Notes under the pieces: model-generated | What the model saw: the letters and a program-made list of their open reading frames with translations, nothing else | Told to the model about the DNA's origin: nothing | Databases searched by the model: none | Position numbers and translations under genes: made by a program | Shown here: in pieces, positions 1-13,998 of the stretch | Layout: the number at the start of each line of letters is the position of its first letter | Numbering within the stretch: the first letter of the stretch is position 1 | Assembly (NCBI GenBank): GCA_010093605.1 | Contig: MU004190.1 | Location: 620,001 to 684,000, forward strand | DNA length: 64,000 nt | From: Lophium mytilinum | Taxonomy: Eukaryota | Direction of reading: 5' to 3'

Positions 1-1667
1 GCCATCTCCCGATACTCCGCCGGAACCAGCTTAAGCAGTTCCGTCGCCCCCGTATCCCGAACCAACGCAGCACTGAAATCAACCCCCGGAACGCCAGCAA
101 GGCGCTCCACCAACTCCCTCCCCAGCACATTCCCCCCCACACTCAAAAACACCGCGCCCGCCAACTGCTGCCCAAAAAACATAACCCCCGCCCCCATCGC
201 CACCTCCTCCCTCGCTAGCACCGTCTGCGCCGCCATATTCGGCGCCTGCCCCGCGAACCCGAAGCCCAGGCCGTAGAGGAACTGATATCCCACCCACGCG
301 CCTGTGGAGGAGCGCGGCTCGAGGGTAGTTAGCAACCCGGCACCGACGGCGGTGAGGCAGACGCCGAGCAGCGCAAACGGGGTGTAGTAGCCGAGGCGGG
401 AGACGAGGAAGCCGGTGAGCAGGGAGGCGAGCACGACGGGGAGGAGGAGGGGGAGGAGGTGGATGCCGGAGGCGGCGGCGGAGAGGGAGAGGGTGGCTTG
501 GAAGTAGAGGGGGAGGTAGTAGACTATGGTTTCGTGTTAGAGGGGTGGTATAGGTGAAGGGGGCCCCACCCTGGGGAGGGACGTACTGAAGAGCATTTGG
601 TGCGCGCCGAGGCAGGAGCTGAGCCAGAACCCGGCGAGGATGCTGCGTTGCAGGAAGATCCGTGGGGGGAGGATGGCTTGGGTGGGTTGCCAGGCTTGGA
701 TGAAGGCGAAGGCGAGGAGGAGGAGGGAGGCGAGGATCAGGAGGGCGATGATGCGGCTGGAGTTCCAGGGGTGTGTGGTGCCGCCCCATTGTAGTGCGAG
801 GCATAGACATATGACGCCGGGGAGGAGGGCGAGTAGGCCCAGGGCGTTGAGTTGGTGTAGTTTGTCTTTGAGAGGGATGTTGGTGGTGGGACGGGAGGGG
901 ATGTGGAGGAGGAAGAAGACGAGTATCATGACTGCACCGCCTAGGGGGAGGTTCAGGTAGAAGCACCATCGCCAAGTAACGTCTGTGGTGAAAGCGCCAC
1001 CGATTAGGGGCCCGGCTACTGAGGAGATGCCGAAGACGGCGCCGAAGAAACCTTGGTATTTGGGGCGTTTGTGAAGGGGGACGGCGTATACGATTATGAC
1101 CATCTATGGCAGCATAGTGTAAGCGAACGGATAGTAAAGATGGGCCGGATGAGATGATGACGGGGAATGTTAAGCCGTGGTGCCCTAAGAAAAAGATAAA
1201 CGTACAACGCCCGAGAGAACACCTCCCGATCCCAGTCCAGCAATCGCTCTACCCAATATAAAAGCGATCGAGTTCGGGGCCGCGCCACAAAGAGCCGAGC
1301 CAACCTCAAACACCACAATAGACGCTAGAAACGTGGCTTTGATGTCGAAGACTTTGTACAGCTTCCCGAACACCAGCTGGAACGCACAGCTAGTGAGTAG
1401 GTACGCCGTGCCATACCAGCCAATATCGCCTGCCGAGTTGAATTCGTTGGTGATTTGGGGGATGGCGGTCGATATAATGAGGCGATCCAAAGACACTAAG
1501 AACATGCCGACGAATATGGATGCCATTATCAGTGCGAGCTTGAGACCAGACGGGTAGACGATGTCGGTGGGCATGCCCTTGGTTTCCTTGATCTTTGCGC
1601 CATCCAGGGGCGCGGATGGTGGCACATTGTTCCCCTTCGATTCGGATTCTTTCTCCTTCAACGACAT
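1..1667 (-). CDS. MFS drug:H+ antiporter (DHA2/14-TMS, AflT/ToxA-like efflux pump); multi-exon, 3' end runs off the window
   Basis: ATG at 1667 (MSLKEKE...). Motifs [34 protein letters not shown] and [23 protein letters not shown] are typical of fungal DHA2 transporters. Frame changes near 1200/1105 and 586/531 coincide with GT..AG intron signals. Confidence 0.9.
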
Positions 1668-3760
1668 ATTGAAGCTGCAATGTTTGGCAATCCTTTTACA
1701 AGAGATTGATAGCCTTGAAGCGGACGTTGGCACTTCTTCGGTCTATGCAGTCGTTCAAGAATATACGCCGGATTTATAAAACAAAGTAGGAAAAGCACAG
1801 CAGTCAGAAAGATGGCTATCAGAAACCAAGTGTCTTGCAATAGAAAGAAAAGAATGTGCTCAAGTACTACTAAAAAGGTGGGCAAAGGAAGATTTACATA
1901 GTCGAGGGCCAATTGACGTCCATCTCGCTTACTAGGGTCTTTACCCTAGTCCCTCGCGTTCAACGCGAACGCCACTAGTAGTCCCTACACTAGTCAAAGC
2001 TTGGGCCTGCTTAAGATATGCTCGGACATCATATACACGGCTTAACGTGCTTCGCGTTGCTTCGTGTGGCTGATTCAATGCTTGTAGCATTCCGTTTCAA
2101 GTTCGCGCTGACGCCGGAAAAGGCAAATACCTTGCTAGATCCAGTTATTCAGCTGATTCGGGCGTGTCAATTGGCGGAGCAGTCCAGGTGCGAAGTAGGA
2201 GACCCCGTCCTGGTCGCAATTCGGGTTTTGATCTCGTCCTCCCGGATCGTTGAGAACGCCGACCGCCGATGACTGTCATCAAATTCACGGCCTCAAGCTT
2301 TCACAGGGCCAATAATGTAGCGTCGACTCATTTTGGGGGCTGGCTAATTCACGAACTCGGTCCACTACACCCTGCCACACCCTACAACTCTTTGGATGCA
2401 GATGCTCAAGTCTCATGCGCAGTTTCCCTAGCGTAGGCACTCCCCACGAGCACAGCGTGTGCTTTCCCTGCACAAGATGGATGACTGTTGAAAGAGACGC
2501 TCAGATACCGTAGATCCTTTGGACTTTATGACTATTAGTACGGTATAACACTCATCCAATTCCCCCATGAGAGCCCCTCCACCCTCAGCTCTACGGTCAG
2601 CTGAGGGCTAGCGGTGAGTATAAGCTTCTTCGTATGACTATACCTGAACAATGTCGTAGGCCCAGTGGTCGTAATGTGCAGCTGATATCGCAATATCGCA
2701 GAATCAGGGTTATGCCAAGAAATACTGGTTCATGAGATGTCTTTCAAAGGGAGCGTGGCTGCTCTACATCTCGGGCGGCAACTGAAGAAAAGCTGAGAGT
2801 AACAGTGAGCTAGACTCGCGAGGGTAGCCATAGCCGCTGTTTTGGGCGATGGAATCCGAATAGAGCGTGGTGTGCCCCGCATCCCGCCGGCGGAGGTGCA
2901 AGACACCTTGAAGAAAGGTGAGAGAAAGGCTGTAAACACGCGAGCGTCCCATGGCGCCGGTGCATGGGTGCCACCTCACCAGCGTGTAGAAAGGCGATCA
3001 CGGGTTGAGGTATGGAAAAAGGCAAAGTTGTAGGAAAGTGCGATATGAAATAGTGAGATACTTATCGTGACAGAATACGAGGGACCTGAGAGACTTATCG
3101 CGAGAGTGAAAGAGTAGAGATGGGTGTGAAGTGGGAAATGCTGTATGACGAGGGAGATGGTGAGTACTAGAGAACGTACCTATGTACCTACCCTGCCCAG
3201 CAACGCTGTGACAAGAAGCAAGCATACAAGGCTACTAGAGGGCAGGTGGCACCGAGACGACGACGGTGTACGACAGAAAGGACGGGACAGATCGTGAATT
3301 ACGTACCTATTGTCCCAACCACACCAACGCAAATCTCAGGGGAACAGTCCAAACGGCGGCCGGGGAGCAGAAATCGACGAACGGAAACCAAAATGGAAAG
3401 TGTTTGCAACAGTCTCGGCAGGAACCAGGCAGCAAGAAGTAATGCAGGTATACACATCCAAGATCGGACAATATAATAATTATATTTGAGCGTGATGTTA
3501 CTGAGTCGTATACACATCCGAGAGACCGAAGGGGGATCTCTCATACCAAAAACGCCGATCCAATACGTATAACGCCGTATGTAGCCTTGAGGCGAGGCGT
3601 CTTGGGAAGGATATTAATCCCGGCAAAATGCAGCAGCGCTAAAGAACGCGATCCAAATAAACAGAAACGGGATGGTGGTATGCTGCCACCAGGGTGGGGC
3701 TAAAGGAAACCGAACGACAGTCGTGAAAATACATTGGTAAAAAGGGGACCGCTGCGGCCC

Positions 3761-5047
3761 TCATGCGGTCGCACGAGCACGAGCCGGCGAGGGCGCAAAC
3801 AGCATCCTCAAGCCGGACGGCTCCTTCTTCTTGGGCTTGCTCTTCTCCTTGCTCTTCTCCTTTCCGCTACGTGACGAGGAGCTGCGGTGTGACTTTGAGG
3901 AGTGCGTCGACTTCGGTGCATGGCTTCGAGTTCTCTCCTTGGTGCGCTCACTTCGTCTTGACTTGAGGTCATCGGCTTCCAACACGCCCGCCGCAATCAG
4001 CTGTCGCGAAGCGCCAGGTGTGATGAACTCGCCGTCGACAGTCGTGCCGACGCTCCCGGCCTCGATCTCTGCAATCCCACGTTGCCACATCTCGATGCGG
4101 GAGAGCTCTGCGGTTTCCAGCTGCTCCATCTCGAGGGGCTCCTCGAGCTCGGCTTCGGCTTCCTTCTTGGCGCGGATCTTCCTGATGACCTTGTAGCCGC
4201 CCAATGCAATGATGGTGACGCCGACACCGACACCGGCAGCGATCATGAACTGCGGCGAGGCGAGGAGAGCCACGACGGCTGGGAAAGACCCCTTGAGCGC
4301 AGTAAGCACACCGGGGCCCATCTTGGTGAGGAGAGTCGATATTTCCCCAAGAGTGAGGGCAACAGCAGCCAGGGCCTCGGGGTTCTTTTGCAGATTGTCA
4401 ATCATGGCCGTGACACTGTATTGCAAGCAATTGGCCTCGTCTAGCAGCATTGTGAGCTTATTCGCTTTCTCTCGCAGCTCTCCGTCGTTGTATCTGGGAG
4501 ATGGCAGCGGCGGCGGGAGCTCTCCGTATGCGAGATCCATGTCGATGTGAGACTCGGAGTTCGAGCGCGATGGTATGTGCCTTGCCATTTCCACTGGCCC
4601 ATCTGTGTTTCGTCGTAGTAGCTCCCGTCTATGCACATCTTCTACCGCGTTCTCCATACGGCGGTGAGTAGGTCGCCGTTGAAAAGGTCTGTCGTCGTTC
4701 TCATAAAAGCTATCGGTGTAACCACGCTCGAGAGGCGGCTTAGAGTGGTGGTGGGACTTTGAGCGTCGGGAGGAGGCTCGGGAGCGGACGTCGTCCTCAA
4801 TGCGCATCGTCTTGACGCCATGGAGGGCTTTCCGCTCGTCGAAGGCGGCATTGCGCTCGGCCTTGATCTCGGCTTTGCGCTCGCGGTAGGCGGACTTTGC
4901 TTCCTTGAAGACGTTCACGATGTGCTTGCTCTGTTGACGATTAGCATTCATGTGCAGTGATCAAAGTAGCGGTGGATAGGCACGCACGCTGCTCACGATC
5001 TTGCCAGACTTGTTGATCACGGTGATGGTCTCGCCGAGGTTCACCAT
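3761..5047 (-). CDS. Conserved-looking fungal hypothetical protein with one hydrophobic segment and basic Ser/Lys-rich termini; 2 exons
   Basis: Exon 1 MVNLGETITVINKSGKIVSS (ATG 5047), an intron of roughly 4930-4987 with a GCTAAT branch site, then the 396-codon ORF. TM-like segment PQFMIAAGVGVGVTIIALGGY. Biased, gene-like codon usage. Confidence 0.8.
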
Positions 5048-8000
5048 GGCGAGTAGGAGCGAGAAGAGAGGTCTGTAGGCGTAGTATAAGTGTGTGGTGT
5101 TGTGGAACGTGGGTGGCCTGGCCCAGTAGTACTTGGTCAACAATTGCGGTGAAGGGTGGCTGGCGAGGTTCAGCGCATGAGGCAGAAGAGAGAGTCAGTC
5201 GCAACAGGGTGTCCCAGCAACGCTGGCGACAGGACTCGTATATCAAGAGGGCACGAACGGAGGGTTTCGCGGAGGTCTGGCCGCCGTAGAGCAGGGCGCG
5301 AGATGAGGCAAATAGTGCTACTCGCTCAGGAAGCCCTCAGCCATAGTCGTTGCTAGCACTGGCGCATATCGGCGGCGGGGGGTGGCTCGGGGCGCCGTCG
5401 TCGACTACGCGATAGACACTGGGGAATCGGCAGCGCTGGAACCGGCCCAGTCACGGTGGTGCCCGCGGCGTGCTCTCGTGGGTTGGTGAGACGTTGAGGG
5501 GTGGGATTCGTGGGAGGGGCCTCAGACGTGGTCGCGGCTTGGGGTGACTTTGCAGGCCTGCTTCGTTGTTTCGTGGCCGCCTCCCACTGGGTCTCCTGCA
5601 TCAAACCCAATTAACCCCTACAGCGTATCGCCGCCTCACCGCGCTCATTGGCACCCATTACCGCAATCCTTTTCGCGACCTGCAGCCGCCGAGGACGTGT
5701 CGTCCACCACACTGGCTGCTCAAGGGTACAAAGAGGAGGCTGATGTCAGGACGCATGCAAATCTGAGATACAGCTGCAGCCGCCTGCAGTAGAAACTTCT
5801 GCCCAACGTGCTGGGCGAGCGAAGTCTGCAGCGAAGCATCACTGCCCGAACCAGCTCGAGCATCCCGCGTCGTCACCAGACCTTCGGCGTGATGTTTCCA
5901 AGGTTCCAATTCTCAGCTTGCATGGCACCGAAGTGCGCCACAGCTGCACCGCCACATAGCCACCTCATCGTGCTCTTCCTAGGTTCTACCTAGTGCTCTA
6001 GTGGGTGTTCTAGGCCCTGTTTGAAGCCTGGTGGCTGTGGCATTCTCAAGCATCACACGAATATCAGCAATCGCGCTGACGACTGCTGTGATCGGGGTTC
6101 AATAGTCCGACAATCGAGCCATCGTTCCGCATGTGAAGTGGGATAGAGAGCTTCCCACGCTTCCTTCCCCGGGGTACCCTGTACTCCAGGCGACAAACCA
6201 AATCGCGAGGCTGTCACGGCTGTCCGGCACTCCCGCGTTGACGGCGTTCCCATGTAAGCCACGACGGGGCTGCCTCTTCTAGGGTTTAGCTAGACAGAAG
6301 AATATTCAGAGGAGGCGCAAAACTTGAAACTACCTATAACGTATAGTTTCACTCGTCTTGGATATGTATAAGAGGGTCACTTGAAGTCTGCAGAGCTAGA
6401 TACTAAACCGCTGCAATGCTCTCAGGCCTGAGATTGAGCATATTAGATAATCCTACAGTGGTGACATATCTCGACTCCCAGAGCCTCTGCAGTAGTAGGC
6501 AAAGGTCTTCGCACTCCTGCTCACCGCTTTCTGGGGTCCGTTTTTGCGTAATTCAAAAGGTAGATAAGATGTAACAGTCAAGACAATGCAAATTAGAGTG
6601 GCCCCACACGCTCCTCTCCGACAGGTTCACCGCTGCGTTCGTGTGACCCAGCTTCTCATTGGGAAGGTCGCAACTAGTTGCGGGAGGGGCTGGCCTATTT
6701 ATGTCGGGGTATTGGTCCGGGTCTGAAAATAATCACTATAGTAGCTTAACTGCCAATATTTGAGTTGCGGCAGTATAGGCTAGGTAGAGATGGTCTTATT
6801 GCAAGAATGAATATGAGTACCTACAAATGGCTTGACACAAGCCCCAATGGTAGTAGACGAATTTTCTAGCCCATTAATGCACATGGATAAGAGGCACGTA
6901 AAGTGAAACAACAAGTTGCTTTGCGCTAGCTGAAAGCAGGACTGGCCCAGCCCGAATAGCCAACGTAGATCTTATATTCAAAATTATCAACGTCTTCACC
7001 CTTTAGGCTTCCACCGTTGATGTATCGTGACCTGATCAGTGGCTCCTACGTCTTTGGACATGGTACCACATAGAGTGGGCATTATTCTTGTGATGTGAAA
7101 CGTCTCTATCATGAAAGACCCATTCCACTTATGGCTTATGATATGGATGATCGCTTGCGATCCCGGTGTTAAAGTGGACATAGATGACGCAGATGGGGCG
7201 GATCTTGTCAGTATCGGAAGTGCAGTCATTGACGAGCGAGTGGATAGTTGCAATCTGACGACAAAGAGAAATTGTTAGTTATCTCTTAGCCCGAGGCCTT
7301 TAAGTCATTGGCAGCCTGGGATATCGTGTGCTGAATCGAAACCAAGAATGACAAGAAACGGCGAGGAACGCACATAAGAAGCATAGTATGTATAGACGTA
7401 TGCGAAGCTTGTATGACGAGTGATCTGCAGAAACGGATTTTTCCAATACCCTCGTACTACTAGGTTTCATAGACTTTCGGGGTTGTACGAAGGTTAAAGA
7501 ATGAACACGTACCTAGTACTCGATTGTGAGAGATGTGGCGGTGGCTGGAAATGTTGCCCCTCGTGCACAGCTTGCCACGACACCTCCCCCACGCCAAACC
7601 TCACAAGCTTCAAGGCCGGTCGGCCCGGCATTCCCTGTGCTCCCGCAATCAAGGTGTTCCTTTTGTGGGTCGTGATGGAGCTGCTAATTCTTGTGTGTGG
7701 CTGGAGAACGATAGCCTTTTCCCCGAGGGCCGCAACTGGAAATACTGTATTGTGGGGTCCTCGTGGAACTCCGTGAATCAGAGTGCCTCGTCCCTCATCT
7801 CATAGATCATCTGACAATTAATCATAATGAACTTCCAAGAATGATGAATCTCCTCGTCTACTTAACGAGTAGGTAGACAAATTGAACGCTATTCATGGTA
7901 AACTTGGAGAGGGTGTTCTCCAGAGCTAAAAACAAAAGACAACGCATGAATGCTTGAATGCAGTCTAACACACGATGTGGGTCGATCAGCTGGCGTGTGA

Positions 8001-9242
8001 ACTTGATAAACTGCAGCAAAAGCAATATAAACCGACACATGGTCTGGCATGCCAGCAATTACTTTCGCCTCACGCAGGCCGGTTGCCGAACTATGTAGAA
8101 ACTCGGAAAGTAGTAGTAGGTTAGCATCGTTCTGGTCCAGTTCAGACAGGTTAGACGGTTTGTCTGAACCACAAAGCATGACCACGAGTTCTCCTAGAAC
8201 GACGAGGCATGTACGGTGTTGAAGAAGTGTTATTTGTTGTACCAACCAGTTCCACACCAGAAGAAGCACACGACACGCACAGCGTACAGCGTATGCGTGA
8301 TCGGTGTCATGCACCGAGGGGAGCTGGTTGACGAATGCTATGCTTCCTCGCCCGGCATTGGCGTCGACATCGCCCAAAGATCGAACGCAAGCGCCGCAAT
8401 CTAATCGTGCGGTGAGCACACCACCAATAACCTCACAGCTGTCCATTTGACGATCGCCATCGGACGGACATGCTGGGTATTTCGTTGCGTCAACTCGGTA
8501 CCTGCATGATGGTGCATCTTTGGTGTGGTGGCTCAGGATTCCATAATGAAAAGGCGTCTGTCGCCGCTGAGTGCGTGCCTCTGTGCAATGGTCTCAGACA
8601 CGGATTCCTCTCCGACGAGTCATCCGGATTTCGCCATCCCGCACTGCTCGCTCGTCATCATATCTCCAGAATATCCCGCAAGCTGTAGGGGTGCGTGCTG
8701 AGCGGTGAGGTTGCGATGGCGAATCTGAGAGGGAGCTCGGAGTCCTGCTTCGGCGGTATCAGGAGTCAAAAACGACAAGTAGACTCTGCTGGTGACTCCT
8801 GCCTCGAAATAGCTACCTTCTCGCCTTTCCATCCCACTAAAGCGTTCGCGCCTCGTCTCTTTCATTGCCGCGAGTTTTCTGGATGTACTTCAGCTGGTCG
8901 TGCTATGTGTCAGTTCTCAGAAACGCCAGAGTCGAGAGGGGAGTCGTCGGCGGAGGAATCGTGGGAATTGCCAGGTGAGAGTCTTCTAGATCTATGAGTG
9001 GAAGCCATCGTTTCATGGGTGTAAGACTCGCAAACCAGGCCGGGTGCAGCATGGCAGTTCACGCCGACCCGGGAACACCAATTGGAAAACGGGCGACGTC
9101 TTAATTGCGATGAAGAAGCTCGGCGGACGAAGGTGGTGATGATATCCACGCCATGCGCCAGGTCGGGCCGAGCCGACACATTCGGCAAGCCGGCCGGGAT
9201 TTCTGACAGCAACCCACTCCGACGACCCTTGATGCCACCCTA

Positions 9243-12200
9243 ATGTCGACCGAGCGCACCCCTCGCCGTGTATTAACTGACGAACTTCGCGTAGACGCCT
9301 CCACGGATCAAGATGAGGCCGTTACAGATGTCGAGGTCAATGGACAGCAAGCCGTGCTGTCCAGACCAGCCAAAAACCCCACCATCTTTCACCGAATGAG
9401 GCATGACAAGTCTATACTAGCCGTCGTAGTATCAGCTTCGCATATCTTCGCAGGAACACAAGGAGGAGAGATCTTAGTGAGTCGAGCTGAGCTATGAAAG
9501 AACTTATCTGATTCACGAAAGGTCTACAGTCTGGACACGTATGGGTGCGTCAAAGTCATTGAAGGCCACAGAGGGAGTGTGCTGGGCCTCTGCCTGTCAC
9601 AAGATCAGGACCTTCTATTTTCTAGTGCAGGAGACAGGATCGTCAATGTAAGGCATACATCACTACACTCAAGGCATCTACTAACTATACTTAGGTCTGG
9701 AGTACCAAGAACTTTCTCCGCGTCTATACCATATACTCTCTCTACGATGTCGGCGACGTATTCTGTGTGTCATACTCCTCCTCCCTCAAAACAGTATACC
9801 TGGGTTGTCAGAACACAAGCATTCAGGTGACTTACAACAGTTCCATTACGCGCCACGCAGTGCTGACAAGCCGATAGTGGTACGATCTAAGAGAAAAGGA
9901 CGCTCGCCCTCCACCAGACCCTAAAGCGCACCCGACCGAGCGTGCAAGCCGTTTCTTCGACTCCTCCGGCCCTGGTGGTGTCCGTACCCCTCGACCGCGG
10001 TCTTCAGATGGTGGGCCTCGAAACGCGGTAGGTGGCCAGTTACTAGAGATTCATAACCAGTACATTCGCCAATTCGCCCATTTTGGCTACGTATATTGTA
10101 TGCTGATAGCTCGGGGAATAACATCGGACGATTCAAACGAGGAAATACTCATATCTGGAGGGGGAGACGGGGTGGTGCATCTGTGGGGTCTGAATGGGGA
10201 CAAAGGGGGTGCCATATACGAACTTCAGGCTCTCGGGGACGACCAGGAGGGGGGAGCGTCAGTCCTGTCTCTTGCATTGGATGGGAAATTCCTCTACAGC
10301 GGACGCCTGGATGGAGAGATCAACGTATGGGACCTGGAAACGTACCAACTCGTAAGAAGCCTGAAGACGGTCACTGGCGACATACTATCACTGAGCGTCG
10401 GAGGTGGGTTCTTGTTTAGCACTGGGGTGAATGGTCTCGTTCAGGTAAGCCGAGTTTCCAAGCACGTTTCAGCCATTCTGACTTTCATCCAGAAATTCAA
10501 CCGCCAATACGAGACTGTGGCCACCTTCAAAGCTCACGATGAACTCGTCTTGGCATCGACTTTTGCGTACAATAGCAAGCTCAGGCCTATCTTTGTCACC
10601 GGTGGCAACGACAGTACGGTTGCGATTTGGGACGTCCGCGACTGTATCTCCGCCCCAGCCAACAACAAGCGCACAAGCAACGGTAAGTTTTCCGAGTTCC
10701 ATTACACCTTGTATATTCCAGACACTAATCTAGCCAGAGCATCTTTTCGAATTCCTAAAAGAGTTTGTTTCTTACCGTACTGTATCTTCTGATGCGCGAT
10801 ATAAAGGCGACTGCCGAAGGGGCGCTTCGTACCTCCGATCTGTCTTCAAGAATTTTGGCGCTACCACAGAAATGCTGAACACCAAGGACTCCTATAATCC
10901 TATCATTCTCGCCACTTTCCGTGGTAATCGTCGGCAGCAACCCGCCCGTAAGCGCATTCTATTCTATGGCCATTACGATGTCATCCCAGCCGAGAATGAA
11001 CAAGGAAAGTGGATCTCAGACCCCTTTTCTCTCCAGGGAATCGATGGCTATCTCTATGGACGCGGAGCGTCTGACAACAAAGGCCCGATTATGGCCGCTA
11101 TCTTTGCCGTAGCCGACTTAATAGCAGAGCAAGCCTTGGATTCTGACGTTGTCTTCCTGATCGAAGGCGAGGAAGAGTGTGGTTCGCGAGGCTTTTCAGA
11201 CGCCATCCAAGCCAATAAAAAGCTCATCGGCGACATTGACTGGATTCTCCTAGCCAACAGCTATTGGCTGGATGACCAAAATCCTTGTCTCACATACGGC
11301 TTGCGAGGTGTGATTCACGCAACCGTGCAAGTCGAATCCCCACATCCCGATCTCCACAGCGGTGTCGACGGCAGCGCCAACCTTGACGAATCACTCAAGG
11401 ACCTTATCATGACACTCGCTCAACTCACCGGCAAACACGGCAAGGTGCGAATTCCAGGCTTCTATGACCCCATCCTACCCTTGTCTCAGGATGAGAAGAA
11501 GCTCTACAAAGACATCACCCAAACCCTCGTCCGAGGGAACCCAGACCTCGGCGACCCCGACGAACTCGCAACCTCCCTCATGCGACGATGGCGCGAGGCC
11601 TCCCTCACCATCCACCGCTTCCAAACCTCCGGCCCGGAAAACTCAACCATCATCCCCCGCCTTGCTCGCGCTTCACTCTCTCTTCGCCTAGTCCCCAACC
11701 AGGAGTCCGCCGTCATCGCCCAAATGCTCAAAGACTTTCTCCACCAAGTCTTCGACAGCCTCGACACGGAGAACAGCCTCACCGTCACCATCGACCACGT
11801 CGCCGAACCCTGGCTCGGCGACTTCAACAACCAGATCTTCCAAACCCTCGAGCGCGCCATCATCGACGTGTGGGGTCCCACACCCGCACCCAGCCCAAGC
11901 GTCGCGCACCGGCGTAAATCGTCCGCTGGGCACGCCGCCCGCGCTTTTGCCCAGCGCAACTCGATCACCTCGACTACGCTTGCTGCGGGGTCGGGCGAAA
12001 AGGAGGCAGAGGAACCGGCGGCTTCCGCGATTGCGAACGGGAAGACGGAGCAAGGCGTGTTTGTCACCAAGCCATTGTATATCCGAGAGGGCGGCAGCAT
12101 CCCTTCAATCCGCTTCTTGGAGAAGGAGTTTGGAGCGCCCGCGGCCCATTTGCCGTGTGGGCAGGCGAGCGATTCGGCGCATTTGGATAATGAGAGATTG

Positions 12201-12272
12201 AGGCTTGTGAATTTGTATAATAGTCGCAGGGTTTTTAAGAGGGTGTTTCGGGAGTTGCCGAAGAAGGAGTAG
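9243..12272 (+). CDS. DUG2: WD40 + M20 metallopeptidase domain protein, glutathione degradosome subunit Dug2
   Basis: N-terminal WD repeats (GH..SVLGLCLS...LFSSAGD; LYSGRLDGEINVWD; FVTGGNDSTVAIWD) spread over several exons. C-terminal M20 motifs: FYGHYDV, YGRGASDNKGP, EGEEECGS, DLHSGVDG, REGGSIP, SDSAHLDNE. A WD40+M20 fusion is the Dug2 architecture. Confidence 0.88.
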
Positions 12273-13749
12273 GACGGGAGTGGGGAGGGTTGGGGGTGAT
12301 GTAAAGTATGGTTTAGTGTTTTAGGTATTGGCATTGGTGTTGGTGGGCGTGTTTGGGCTTAGATTGGACGCGAGTGGCTGGGTTTGTGTACTTGAAAAGA
12401 TGGAGTTGAAAAGAATGGAGGTAGATTGAATTTTGTTAGCTTTGGTTTGGTTGATAGACCGAGTTGGATGTTGATGCTTTGTTGCGTCGCTCGAGCCAGC
12501 TATGTCCTCGGTTTGATGTCATGTTTCCACCCGTAAGTTCCGAGTAGAACGAGAATGAGCGGCTTTCGGGCTTGGTGCTCCAAATATCATTTCTGCTTCG
12601 TCGTACGTAGGAAACCGCCCTTCTTACCTTTGTGGCAGGTTGGTAGATCCCCTGAACCTGCATGCGTAATAGTGCGACAAGATTTAAACTGCCAGGCGCT
12701 GATGCACCCATAGTGATGACCTGATATGCTTGAACACGTAAAATTTAAATAGCGTGCCAAGGTGGTCGTAGATATAATTTCCTTCAATACAATATTGTAT
12801 GTACCGAGGTAGTATGGTGGCTTATGTCCAGGTGGGCACCGAGGATGCAACCAAGGCGCAACAGCCCTGAAAAGCTCAGTTGTCAAAACTCCATCCTCGC
12901 CACACCCGGCCACTATCGTCGTATCGAGCCATGACATTTTGCAAAGCACCCTTCATTCTCCATCGAATACATGGGTGCACAGGTTCTTGCACACCCATCT
13001 GCCAAGCTGCTGGTTCTAGCCTTGTGCAGGTGTCTCCTTTTGGATCGCTTTCTCAGCTCGGCTACACGCTTCAAATATCGATGTTAATCTTTAGAACCGC
13101 ATCGGTCCACTTACTTTAGGTTATCGGGGGGTGAACAAAAAGGAAGATCGAAAGGATTCATCCTTGGAATTCGTCCTGTATGCTTCTCCGTTGAGTAGGC
13201 TACTAGAAATCAACCACATACATGGACCAAAGACTCACGGCGTGTCGTTTAATAAGCTTGCTCACTCACGTGTTTGGGAGAAAATTCTCGATCTCAACGT
13301 AGAGAACCAGGACATACAGTTTCAAAGACACCACTTCAGGGAGAAGAAGTAGAGATTTGCTCGTAGAGTCAACTTTAGAATGCTATGCCATACAGAGAAA
13401 AAAGGATAAATCGGTGAACACGCAAGCATCATCTCTGAGCAAACAGACCTGAGAAAAATGCACCGTCCAAATGCCCATAAATCCCAGCTCCATTTCATGC
13501 CGCTAAACGTGCTCCATAGTTCGTCCGCAAAAGCAACAGCTCTCTGAACGCTTTCATGAACACCTCGTCCGCCGGCCCCAGCACCTCAACTATCTCTCTC
13601 TCTCTCTTGATTATTGCGGTTGAAACCAACTTTCTTCCATCGCCCATCCAAACATCGCTCGCCTCCATTCATTGATTTCTATCGGCGAGGAGGGACGAAA
13701 GGCTGTGCTTCTCGTCTATCACCCCATAATCATTCCGGCGTGACACTCC

Positions 13750-13998
13750 TCATTCGGCGGCGTTCGCTAAACTTCCGCGAGATCCAGATCCACCCACTTC
13801 ATTCGAGCGATCTTGCGCTCCAAACCCGGCCCAGGAACTGAAGTCGATTCCGTTTGGCTGTGCGAAGCTATAGCTCTGTGGTGGAGTGTCGGGGGTCTTT
13901 GCGGACTGCGCTCGCTGCGGGGAGTCGTGGTTCGGGTTGTAGTCGGATTTCAAGTGCACCTGGACGATGGGCGCTGAGATAGGTGTGAAGAAGAACAT
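13750..13998 (-). CDS. Possible small (82 aa) protein MFFFTPISAP...LANAAE
   Basis: ATG at 13998 is preceded on the minus strand by a pyrimidine-rich leader and a TATA-like TTATAT near 14120. No recognisable domain. Confidence 0.3.
   Translation of the reverse strand: MFFFTPISAPIVQVHLKSDYNPNHDSPQRAQSAKTPDTPPQSYSFAQPNGIDFSSWAGFGAQDRSNEVGGSGSRGSLANAAE

Noticed and set aside
79..975. Pro/His/Arg-rich 298-aa ORF, and similar shadow ORFs at 11504-12334, 58072-58455 and 59019-59664
   Set aside because: These are alternative-frame or antisense products of real genes whose 3' parts have strong C-then-G third-position skew.
6990..9200. Several short ORFs (e.g. 7889-8446 and the Cys-rich 7501-7776) and isolated splice-like signals near 7256 and 7513
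   Set aside because: I could not assemble a coherent gene model, domain or snoRNA with a terminal stem, so the region is left unannotated.
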